A stretch of 64,000 nt of DNA, from positions 54,932,001 through 54,996,000 of the forward strand of contig NC_043001.1 in NCBI RefSeq assembly GCF_006345805.1, read 5' to 3'. Below the pieces are notes generated by a model. It was not told where the DNA came from, did not search any database, and saw only the letters and a list, made by a program, of their open reading frames with translations. Below are positions 37,924 through 48,229 of this stretch, piece by piece; the stretch's first letter is position 1, and each line of letters opens with the position of its first letter. Made by a program: the position numbers and the translations under genes. The stretch comes from Octopus sinensis. Taxonomy: Eukaryota.

Positions 37924-40900
37924 ATGGAGGCTGGTCTGCACTGTTGTTATAGTAATTCACACCAAAGATATGGGACTTTAATGGACTCTCCACCACCACC
38001 TTACTATGGCGGATGTGGTGATGGCGGCAGCAGCAGCAGCGGTAGCGAGGATTTTTCCTTCGAAGGCACCATGTTTTCTGTTTTGGGATCCGGTAGAAAA
38101 TATATACCTTGTCCTCATTGTAGACTTGAAGTGGGCGCCTTTGAAACTTTGCTTCTAAAATCCGATGGATTAAGAAAAGGAAACAATCGCAGTGAGAGTA
38201 TCTTCTTGGTGAACGTGTTAGAGAGATACAACGTTATTGGAAATGGTGATAGTCTCGATGGACGGCCACCACTTTATACCATTCCTAACTCGTCCCATTT
38301 CGGAGCTGAGTATTGCCGGCACTGTAACGAAGCGAACTCCGTTTCCAATAAACCACCATCTTGTGACAGTACTCGCGCCGAAACCTCCTCACCAGCTTCA
38401 TCAGATGTTGAACAATTGTCCACCTCACTGGAAGACAATTCATCGCTAACAAATAGATACAGTGAAAAGAGTGACCAACCAAGCGACAACAAGAGCTTTG
38501 AAGGTAATGACAGTTTTTATCAATCTAATCACACAGGAAAAAACGTTAAATATAAACACAGAACATCAAATGGATATTGTCAAAGGAAATCAGCAAAAAT
38601 TCTGGATGAAACTACAGAAAACCATCGAAACAATACCAACAATCACATATGCTATAGTCAATCTCGGTATATTCCGAACCACGTATGCCACTCACCGGAA
38701 TATTCGAATCCTTGGTTATGTAAATCTTACCATAAAGTGAAACATACCAATAATAATAATAATAATATACGATTTAATTCTAATGTTTCTTGTCATCGGA
38801 ATTCTTTTGTTGGATACCAAGATGAATCGCTCCTCGGCGAAGGTGTTGGAGAATTGCTCCAGAATAAAATGGACTCCAAGTTTGAGGAAGTGCTTAAATG
38901 CAGAGAAGATGAATTGTATTCTAGAGAACGTTTGGAAGAAGAGATCGAATCTTTAAAAGCTACCATAGCAAATTTAATTGAAGAAACTCTAAAATATTGG
39001 GTTCCAAATTATGGATCCAAAAGAAAATTATCGAGCACAGAGCACAGAATTTCATACAGTAAAGCTGATACACCACCTCCTATGAAACTAAACTGTAGAA
39101 AAAACGACTCGAGCCAAATTTCCTTAACAGAAACTATATCACTTCAAAATTCATCAACACCTAATCAGACAAACAGTCATTCTAAGGAATCTAGAGTGCA
39201 TCCTTTATATTCCACTGACACTAAAACATATTGCCCACATCTTCAAAAAATAAACTTGAAAAATGATCGTCGCAGCCAACAGTACCAGTATCAAGACCAC
39301 CAAGAAATACCAAGTCCGACAGAGGATGAGCAAACAGTTCAAACCCCAGGAAATGACAGTGGATTCTTCAGTCCTAGCCCAAGAATTCTCCAAAGCCCTA
39401 GTGCCTGGCAGCAACGAAAACATGAGTCAGATTCAAAGTCTTTTCGATACAACTCTCATAACATCAGTTCCGAGTATGGATTTAAATATCCGAAACCTGA
39501 AACCGACAAGTCAGATGATAGTGACCAATATGAAACCGAATTGAACCCTAGAAACAGAAAACGAACAAAAGTGGGAAATATGCACCAAAGTTATTCTACA
39601 GAAACCCGCAACACCAGTTCAAAAGTTAACGACGATGATTATGACCAGAGTGATCAAGTCATATCCCCGAGAGAAAATAATAATTCAAAAATCAAATCTC
39701 CAAAGAAAGGGAAATTTCGTCGATCAACTGACCAGAATGAAAATCAAAAATCTGATCCCGATTTGCAGTCCTATGCCCATGAAAGGAAATTTCGGCAAAT
39801 GAATGGGAACATCAGCCCTGCAAGAAGTGTGTCATCGAAAAAAACTTCAAATTCTCTTGAAGAAGTAGAGAAACCCGTCATTGAACACCAAAACAGATCC
39901 CAAATCAATGCTTCTCCACCATCAAGCCGAGTTGCTCCAATGAGTCCTGAATCTGAAATGACAGAATGGGAAATTGATATTAAGGAACAGTTATCAACTG
40001 CAGATAATCTCAATACGTCTTTAAGTGAAACCAGTGAAGCTACGGATATATCCAATACAGATGATTCATATGGCACACTTAGCTCTGTAGCCAAGAGATT
40101 TGACTTTGACATCTATTCCGACCAGGCAACATCATCAGTGGATTTAGACGAAGGTAATAGCACGAAGGAATGGCAGGCAAATACAGATCGCTATGTGGCG
40201 TCAGAAATATCATCATCGCCACTTCCAGAACGCCCTACACGAGATAAAGCTACCCTTGTATCAAATAAAGCCGGGAAAATATTAAAAGGTGCTTTAAAAT
40301 TGGACAATGATTCTAAAAGCAAGCGTAATCGACATGTGGAAATCAAGGAAGAAAGTTCAGCGGAAAATAGTCAAGTTCAAATAGGGATGGCACCAAAAGA
40401 ATCTCCACCCAAATTACCATCGATTGAGACAGTTAAAAGGACTAAGAAACGTGATACGAGTGTTGGCACCTTTATTGAAGGCGAGTTGGATAATTTACTT
40501 ACCATCCATAAAAACGGAACACTTTATGCTGGAGGTCCTTTCCAAGCTGACCAATATTACCGTAGCTGGCTTTCAGACATAAAATGCAATGATGATGGAC
40601 AATATATCGTTAGCGACTGGAGCAATTGCTGTGTTCAAATGTTCTCGACCGTTGGCCTTCCTGGCGATCGAGTAACATTTAAATCTGGCCCATGGAGTTT
40701 GGCTTTGATGGATGCAAATGTGGTGGCTTGCACTATCCCCAATGCTAGGCAACTAGCGTTTTTGTCTCATGGCGCTCGACTTGTCGTTGTCGGTTTAGTC
40801 TCAACCGAACAGTGTTACTGGGGTATTGCTGTGACACGGGATCAAAACCTGGTGTGTTCGTGCATTCTAGGCATAGATCTTCTCTCGAATACAGGACAAC

Positions 40901-41295
40901 CTTTGCGCACTCTCCAATACAACAAAGTGGGACTCCACTTTTTCATCTTCCCACAGTACATTACAATCGGTGACAACGATGTGATTTACGTATCCGACAG
41001 TTGTGGCACATACCTACTTGGTATACCCAAAGAAGGCGAAATTAACTTCGAGTTTAGACCGATTCAAAGTAATAAATTCATAACACCGCGTGATATAGAA
41101 TATAGCCCAGATGGATACATATACATTGCTGATACTGATACAAATAAAATATATCGACTAACCAAAGATGGCAAACTTGATTGTGAATTATTCACTGCCA
41201 AGGATGGAATCAAAGGTCCACTGGCTATAACACTTCGACAAAACAAAATTATTATGACACAGAAAGATTCCAGCATATTGGTTCTTCCTCTTTAA
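37924..41295 (+). CDS. 1123-aa NHL-repeat (beta-propeller) protein, TRIM-NHL-like, with truncated zinc-finger region, coiled coil and long disordered linker
   Basis: Uninterrupted 3.37-kb ORF in stop-rich DNA, good start context (AAAGTATGG). C-terminal ~280 aa has NHL repeats (FPQYITIGDNDVIYVSDS; TPRDIEYSPDGYIYIADTDTNKIYRL). IPCPHCR and FLVNVLE resemble the end of a TRIM RING and the following segment; second CxxC (CRHC) at aa 131; heptad-like stretch at ~aa 320-360. Confidence 0.92.
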   Translation: MEAGLHCCYSNSHQRYGTLMDSPPPPYYGGCGDGGSSSSGSEDFSFEGTMFSVLGSGRKYIPCPHCRLEVGAFETLLLKSDGLRKGNNRSESIFLVNVLERYNVIGNGDSLDGRPPLYTIPNSSHFGAEYCRHCNEANSVSNKPPSCDSTRAETSSPASSDVEQLSTSLEDNSSLTNRYSEKSDQPSDNKSFEGNDSFYQSNHTGKNVKYKHRTSNGYCQRKSAKILDETTENHRNNTNNHICYSQSRYIPNHVCHSPEYSNPWLCKSYHKVKHTNNNNNNIRFNSNVSCHRNSFVGYQDESLLGEGVGELLQNKMDSKFEEVLKCREDELYSRERLEEEIESLKATIANLIEETLKYWVPNYGSKRKLSSTEHRISYSKADTPPPMKLNCRKNDSSQISLTETISLQNSSTPNQTNSHSKESRVHPLYSTDTKTYCPHLQKINLKNDRRSQQYQYQDHQEIPSPTEDEQTVQTPGNDSGFFSPSPRILQSPSAWQQRKHESDSKSFRYNSHNISSEYGFKYPKPETDKSDDSDQYETELNPRNRKRTKVGNMHQSYSTETRNTSSKVNDDDYDQSDQVISPRENNNSKIKSPKKGKFRRSTDQNENQKSDPDLQSYAHERKFRQMNGNISPARSVSSKKTSNSLEEVEKPVIEHQNRSQINASPPSSRVAPMSPESEMTEWEIDIKEQLSTADNLNTSLSETSEATDISNTDDSYGTLSSVAKRFDFDIYSDQATSSVDLDEGNSTKEWQANTDRYVASEISSSPLPERPTRDKATLVSNKAGKILKGALKLDNDSKSKRNRHVEIKEESSAENSQVQIGMAPKESPPKLPSIETVKRTKKRDTSVGTFIEGELDNLLTIHKNGTLYAGGPFQADQYYRSWLSDIKCNDDGQYIVSDWSNCCVQMFSTVGLPGDRVTFKSGPWSLALMDANVVACTIPNARQLAFLSHGARLVVVGLVSTEQCYWGIAVTRDQNLVCSCILGIDLLSNTGQPLRTLQYNKVGLHFFIFPQYITIGDNDVIYVSDSCGTYLLGIPKEGEINFEFRPIQSNKFITPRDIEYSPDGYIYIADTDTNKIYRLTKDGKLDCELFTAKDGIKGPLAITLRQNKIIMTQKDSSILVLPL

Positions 41296-41369
41296 AACGT
41301 AAGTAGACGTTATTCTATTTCAATATGCATATGTATATGCACGCATGTGTGTATGTACCAGTTTATGAA

Positions 41370-41403
<34 letters not shown>

Positions 41404-41461
41404 CATACATACATACATACATACATACATACATAAATACATAATATATATATATATATAT

Positions 41462-41515
<54 letters not shown>

Positions 41516-41637
41516 CTAATATAATAATAATAATAATAATAAAATATTAATTTGGAGAGAATATTATTCCAAACAGGGAAAAATTCATTTAGAAATACTA
41601 AATCAAATTTCACAAAATATAATATGTATTATAATAA

Positions 41638-41934
41638 ATTAGAAAAAACAACCTTTTCTCAATTCAAAATGAAAAATTAAATTACACCATCTAGAAAATT
41701 ACATATAATAGAAGTATTAAATATAAGAAAAAATATACCGATGATTAAGTAATGTGCAAAATAATAAATAAAACGTATGTATTTGGTATATATATGTTTT
41801 ATTTATTATTTTGCACATTACTTAATCATCGGTATATTTTTTATCTTATATTTAATACTTCTATTATATGTAATTTTCTAGATGGTGTAATTTAATTTTT
41901 CATTTTGAATTGATAAAAGGTGTTTTTTTCTAAT
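41638..41934. repeat. Near-perfect fold-back inverted repeat (~137-bp arms) ~340 bp downstream of the NHL stop codon
   Basis: 41638-41774 is the reverse complement of 41796-41934 with about 3-4 small differences; the ~21-nt centre can pair further through G-U. Confidence 0.95.
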
Positions 41935-42045
41935 ATATATATATATATACATATATACATATATTAATATATATATACATATAAATGTATACATACATGC
42001 ATACATACATACATACATACATACATACATACATACATACATACA

Positions 42046-42076
<31 letters not shown>

Positions 42077-42369
42077 GCATATATGTATGTATATATATAT
42101 ATATATATATATATAGGTTTGTTGTAATAAGAATTTATATATAAAAACAAGCTGACATATTAACCTGAAGAATGACAGTAAACTAAATACAAAAGTAGCT
42201 TCTAGATGACAGGCGGCAAGCTGAAACTTCGAAGGCCTATTATTATTTTCCTTGCAAAAATTAATTTCTGTCTGTCTGTCTGTCTCTTTCTCTCTGTTTG
42301 CCTCTCTCTCCCTTTCTCTCCGTATGTATACGCATGTATGTATACACACACACTGAATCGTGTGTGTGC

Positions 42370-42455
<86 letters not shown>

Positions 42456-42724
42456 CGTGCAATATGTCATAAACTGTACATTCCATAGTATGGTATTTCT
42501 AAACATCAACTCCGAATTCTCCTCAGCCGTTGCTGGTTCAGCGTTGAGCGTATATACTAAATGTTTTCTTTACAAAAGTCGATATCAAAATATTTAAAGG
42601 TTCATAGTTCACTTCAAGAACTCACATGTTAGAAATGTTTCATGATGAATAGCTGTATATGTTATGACTATCGTAGTAGCAGGAAATGCGTGACAACTTT
42701 ACAAATATATATGCCTTTTATTTT

Positions 42725-42886
42725 TTGCTTTCTGGTCATTGGGCTGCGGCCATGCTCGAGAGGTCTTTGTTTTTTTAGTCGATCCTATCGACCCCCAGTA
42801 CAGTTTTATTTTGAAACCTGGTACTTGTTCTATCGAGTTTATTTTGCGGAACTGCTGGATTACAACGGTGTAAACAATCCAATACC
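42725..42886 (-). mobile_element. Family A SINE tail fragment
   Basis: CTTTCTGGTCATTGGGCTGCGGCCATGCTCGAG...CGACCCCCAGTAC...GGTACTTGTTCTATCG. Confidence 0.75.
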
Positions 42887-43107
42887 TATTTCTTTATTAC
42901 CCACAAGGGGCTCAACATAGAGAGGACAAACAAGGACAGACATAGGTATTAAGTCGATTACATCGACCCCACTGCGTAACTGGTACTTATTTAATCGACC
43001 CCGAAAGGATGAAAGGCAAATTCGACCTCGGCAGAATTTGAACTCAGAACGAAATACCGCTTAGCATTTCGCCCGGCGTGCTAACGTTTCTGCCAGCTCG
43101 CCGCCTT
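42887..43107 (-). mobile_element. Young family B SINE with a Tx1-like 3' tail
   Basis: Intact head and core; the terminal ~42 nt align to the Tx1-like LINE terminus at 62101-62143. Confidence 0.9.
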
Positions 43108-43259
43108 ATCCAATACCATTTGGTAAGCTGTGGTGGTGGCAAACACAAACATAAACACAATGACACACACACACACACACACACCACACACACACACACA
43201 CCACACACAACACACACACACACACACACATAACAGGTATGTAATAATGTCAGTCTCTG

Positions 43260-43475
43260 CAAGGCGGCTAGCTGGCAGAGTCGTTAGCATGCCGGGGGAA
43301 ATGTTTAGCGGCTTTCGTCCGTCCTAACGTTCTATGTTCAAATTCTGCCGAGGTCGACTTTGCATTTCGCCCTTACGGAATCGATAAAATAAGTAGCAGT
43401 TGAACACTGAGGTCAATGTAATAGACTTACTCCTTCCTTAAAATTGGTGGCCTTGTACCAAAATTTGAAACCAAT
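43260..43475 (+). mobile_element. Family B SINE with a third tail type
   Basis: AAGGCGGCTAGCTGGCAGAGTCGTTAGCA head; tail ...GGCCTTGTACCAAAATTTGAAACC. Confidence 0.85.
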
Positions 43476-43611
43476 AATACTGGTACACACACACACACAC
43501 ATATTTAGTTATGGTGATGCAAACAGACTATGAGAGCTTCGTGTGTTAGCACTTATATATATCTATATATATATATTATATACTATATATATATATCTAT
43601 ATATATATATA

Positions 43612-43642
<31 letters not shown>

Positions 43643-44107
43643 GGTTAAAAGTAACTTATTTTTTAATTGGAACAAATATTGCATTTGAAATCAGAAAACT
43701 TTTCAGACGATGGTGCGAATAGTCATAACTAAAAGAAGAATAAATACTGAAGAAAATATTTTTCAAAATAATGATTCACAAACACCTGATTATTCTATTT
43801 ATTCCATTGATGCCCCAAATGATGAAAGGTAAGAATCACATCGGTGTGATTCGAACTTAGAGAAAAAAAGAGCGTAACTAAAAAAACATTTTCTCCAAGG
43901 CTTTGCTTTCGTTGATGAAGAGAAATAAAATAACATTTCTTGATAAGTTTTGCCGCTGTATAATAATTTGATCTATTGCTCAATATAAAATTTACAATAT
44001 AAAGGGTATTGTTATATGTTTGTAATATACCTTATTTAAGACAAGTAATAGTAAATGATACATCCGTAATGTGAGTAATTCTTGTAATTTAACTGTGAAA
44101 ACTTTTA

Positions 44108-44446
44108 GGTACCGGTGCTGTATGTGATCTACTACAACTTAAATCTAGACTAGCTTGTGATCTACATTCAAAATTTTGCTATAAATTTGCAATTATAATT
44201 AGAGGCGTGAGTTAAACATTTAGAAACCCCCCCAAAAAGGAAACATTTTTATTGATTTTTATTTCATACTAGAAGCATGAACACTGTGACTATTTGTATA
44301 CAGCGCGGATTAAAATCTTCCAACAAATGAAAATCTAGATGAGATTAAAATGTTTGCATATTAATTTTAAATGTAGATCAAAAAGTCGCTGTAGGTCACA
44401 AACTATACCATTTGAACTAATGTAGATCACATACTACACCGGCACC
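44108..44446. mobile_element. MITE, possibly Merlin-type
   Basis: TIRs GGT(A/G)CCGGTG..GTATGTGATCTAC at both ends, internal repeated GATCTAC motifs, 8-bp flanks AACTTTTA/AACTTTTG (7/8 match). GG termini with an 8-bp TSD fit Merlin. Confidence 0.6.
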
Positions 44447-44538
44447 AACTTTTGAATATTTACACTTGACCACAAACTACTTATGAGAATGTGGGAAAAT
44501 ATTCTAATCGCATATTATAGAAAAACAGCATATACGCA

Positions 44539-44595
<57 letters not shown>

Positions 44596-44606
44596 GGTGT
44601 GTGTGT

Positions 44607-44650
<44 letters not shown>

Positions 44651-44739
44651 CATATCTATATATATGTGTATACATTCATACATAGATAACATATATATAT
44701 ATACACATACACAAGGACATATATATATAAATAAATATA

Positions 44740-44865
44740 TAGATCACCTGCGATCAAACTACAAAGAAAAGGATGTCTCTAGGTCTTGCCCGCATTGTTC
44801 TGGTGTCCGCTGAATTTTTCTCTAGAGAACATCCTTTTCTTTGTAGTTTGATCGCAGGTGATCTA
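44740..44865. repeat. Short fold-back: 43-44-bp near-perfect arms, ~39-nt spacer
   Basis: TAGATCACCTGCGATCAAACTACAAAGAAAAGGATGT(T)CTCTAG mirrored with one indel; TA at both ends. Confidence 0.92.
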
Positions 44866-45131
44866 CTTCTAGCACATGGCTGGCCACATAGTGGTTTTTT
44901 AGCCCTTTAATTATATACACATGTATTAGAATTTTCTCTGATTCTTCAGATTTTTGTATGCTAGGCTACTGGTTTTAAATTGATATTAATTAAATTAATA
45001 TTCAATTTTATCTCCCTCATTATTTAAATATATAAATATATAGTATATTATATTTGTGTGTGTATATATATATATATAATATATATATACATATATTTAT
45101 ATTATATAGAATACGCACATATATAAATGCT

Positions 45132-45448
45132 GAGACCCCCTTCCGTCATGACTGACCGTGGGATTGCACCTAGAAAGTCGGGGCAAAGTTGTTTACGGAA
45201 GACCAGCAGTCGCCCATGCATACCGGCCTCCCTTCTCCACGCCACCAGTGTTACCCAAGGGAAAGGCAACGGCCGATACAACTTGGCACCTGTGATGTCG
45301 CAACTCATTTCTACAGCTGAATGAACTGGAACAACGTGAAATAAAGTGTCTTGCTCAAGAATACAACACGCAGCTCGGTCTGGGATTCGAACTCACAACC
45401 TCACGATCGTAAGCTCGACGCTCTAACCACGGAGCCATGCGCCTTCAC
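45132..45448 (-). mobile_element. SINE with family C head/core and a different tail
   Basis: Head GTGAAGGCGCATGGCTCCGTGGTTAGAGCG...GAGTTCGAATCCC; core TTCTTGAGCAAGACACTTTATTTCACGTTG; tail unrelated to that at 23936/47556. Confidence 0.85.
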
Positions 45449-45911
45449 ACGTATAAATATATGTAATATATTTATACACACAGAGATATACATGTATGTG
45501 TATATATTTTATGAACATAGGTGTGTATATATATTTGCATTTCTGGCTAAATATATACATATGACATATGTATGTATGTAGTTTAGTATAATCTACTATA
45601 TCTTATGTGTTCAGTTACGTGCACGACTGCTACCGCCATGTTTAAAGTTCCAATTGCACTTGAAATATTCAATACAGAAACGCAAAGTTTCCAAACAACT
45701 ACAACGGTGAAACGTATATCGGGAACGATTTTTATAAACTAGTGTTTATCATAATTTCTCACATGTGTGTATGTGTTCGTATGTGTGTGTGTGTTCGTGT
45801 GTATGGGTGCGTGTGTGTGTGTGTGTGTGTTCGTGTGTATGGGTGCGTGTGTGTGTGTGTGTGTTCGTGTGTATGTATGTACATATATATATATATACAT
45901 ACATACAGACA

Positions 45912-46320
45912 CAGGCATGGCTGTGTGGTAAGTAGCTTGCTTACCAACCACATAGTTCTGGGTTCAGTCCCACTGCGTGGCACCGTGGCCAAGTGTCTTC
46001 TACTATAGCCACGGGCTGACCAAAATCTTGTGAGTGGATTTAGTAGACGGAAACTGAAAGAAGCCTGTCGCATATATGTGTGTGTGTGTGTATGTGTGTG
46101 TATGTGTGTGTACGTTTGTGTGTCTGTGTTTTTCCTCCCACCATCACCATTTGACAACCGATGCTGGTGTGTTTACGTCCCCGTAACTTAGTGGTTCAGC
46201 AAAAGGGAACGATAAGATAAGTACTAAGTTTACAAAGAATAAGCTCTGGCTTGATTTGTTCGACTAAAGGCGGTGCTCCAGCATGGCTGCAGTCAAATTA
46301 CTGAAATAAATAAAAAGAAT
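45912..46320 (+). mobile_element. Full-length family A SINE
   Basis: Near-intact head, (TG)n middle, tail. Confidence 0.9.
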
Positions 46321-46341
46321 AAGCGCGCGCGCGCGTGGATT

Positions 46342-46555
46342 GGGTGCTGAAAATTTCCTTGCTTTGAGTAAAAGAAAATACATGAGAGTCAGGTAATTAT
46401 GATTTTATTTGACATATTCCTCTCTCAGATTCACGCACTTACTGCGTCGGTTCTTCAGTTTTTGTAAGCCCTGTAAAAGAACTCGGAAGTTTGGGCCTCC
46501 GACCAAGCCTTTCTCAAGACCCTTAAAGCCAGGAACTTTTCGGTACCCCTTCGTA
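46342..46555. mobile_element. Mariner-type MITE, second copy (left end truncated)
   Basis: Aligns along its length to 2605-2820; right TIR AAAGCCAGGAACTTTTCGGTACCCCTTCGTA. Confidence 0.8.
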
Positions 46556-46603
46556 TATACATATATGTATACATACAGACAGACAGACAGACAGACAGAC
46601 AGA

Positions 46604-46703
<100 letters not shown>

Positions 46704-46738
46704 AGATAGATAGATAGATAGATATCTCTTTCATATAT

Positions 46739-46791
<53 letters not shown>

Positions 46792-47207
46792 GAAAGAGAA
46801 AGAGAAAGAGAGATGGGGAGAGAGAGAGAAAGAGAGGGAGAGAGATGGAAGCGAAGACAGATTTTGACAAGAAGAAAAAAATGAAAGGGAACTGTCTCCG
46901 TTTCCATTTTTCTCCCCACACTCCTCTCTCTCTCTCACTCTTCTATACATTTTCTTTTGTGCCTAATATATACATAGAGAGAAACGCATACGCGTTGTCT
47001 TGTTTTGGTATTCTAAAACAGAGATATTCATCAATGAGTGATTACTATCACTAACGTTGATAATATTGTAATGCAAGTTCAGAACAAGAAGGAAAGCTTT
47101 CGTGAGCATATTCTGTCACTGGTGGAAAGAAGTCCAGTTTCAAAACAGTGGACTCGGCTGAAGAGATATCTATCTATCTATCTATCTGTCCTATCTATCT
47201 ATCTATC

Positions 47208-47268
<61 letters not shown>

Positions 47269-47555
47269 TATGTTGTGCCTAAACCTTTCCATAATTTATC
47301 AACTCCTTCGAAGAGGAAGTTGTTTGGGAGTCTAGGATTGTTGTTAGCAAAAACTTAAAGAACATCGTGAAAGACTGAAAATAGCGATACGAAAATTCGC
47401 AGAATATTTCTGACGAGAGTTACAATGAAGACCCCTGTACATTTACTTTATGTGAAATAAAAATATTGTTGTTTTGTTGTTACATAATCCTAGATCAACA
47501 TTTGCCGAGTAGACCCGGAATCAAAATATCCTTTCAATGTACATCATGCTGGGAT

Positions 47556-47910
47556 GTTGGCACTCCGTCGGTTACGACGACGAGGGTTCCAGTTGATCTG
47601 ATCAACGGAACAGCCTGCTCGTGAAATTAACGTGCAAGTGGTTGAGCACTCCAGACACGTGTACTCTTAACGTAGTTCTCGGGGATATTCAGCGTGACAC
47701 AGTGTGACAAGGCTGGTCCTTTGAAGTACAGGCACAACAAAAACAGGAAGTAAGAGTGAGATAAAGTTTTGGTGAAAGAGTACAGCAGGGTTCGCCACAA
47801 TCCCCTGCCGGAACCTCAATAAATACTCACAACACCCGGTCTGGGAATCGAAACCGCGATCCTATGACCGCGAATCCGCTTCCCTAACCACTGAGCCATT
47901 GCGCCTCCAC
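47556..47910 (-). mobile_element. Young tRNA-derived SINE (family C-related) with an 11-bp target-site duplication
   Basis: TSD CATGCTGGGAT at 47545-47555 and 47911-47921; strongly tRNA-like head GGCGCAATGGCTCAGTGGTTAGGG...GGTTTCGATTCCC. Confidence 0.93.
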
Positions 47911-48043
47911 CATGCTGGGATATCCCAACTCTATATTATCGAATGTGTCCTTCGTTGCTTAAGATGTTTGAGGATGAGTTAAGGTCATGCCCGTTGCTAA
48001 GGGAGTGCACTCGACGGCGCTGTCCCCTCACTATTCAATAGTG

Positions 48044-48229
48044 CAATGCTCCGCAGCCGGTATGCTGCGGCACACTGGTGTACCACGAAACGATGCGAGG
48101 TGTGTCGCGGGGTAAACTGAATATAATTTTTTTCTCTATGATTTTAGTAATATTTTTAGTTCAGGTGTACCGCCGAAGTTTGAGAAGAATATATGTGTAC
48201 CGCAAGTGAAAAAGGGTTGTGAAGCAGTG
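48044..48229. mobile_element. hAT-family MITE (186 bp) with a perfect 8-bp TSD
   Basis: TIRs CAATGCTCCGCAGCC / GGTTGTGAAGCAGTG; TSD CAATAGTG at 48036-48043 and 48230-48237; subterminal GTGT(A/G)CCGC-type motifs. Confidence 0.9.

Noticed and set aside
38237-41276. Short alternative-frame and antisense ORFs inside the NHL gene
   Set aside because: Expected by-products of a long coding region; no independent signal.
47830-47910. Functional tRNA gene
   Set aside because: The tRNA-like sequence is the head of a SINE with a tail and an 11-bp TSD. The same applies to the other SINE heads.
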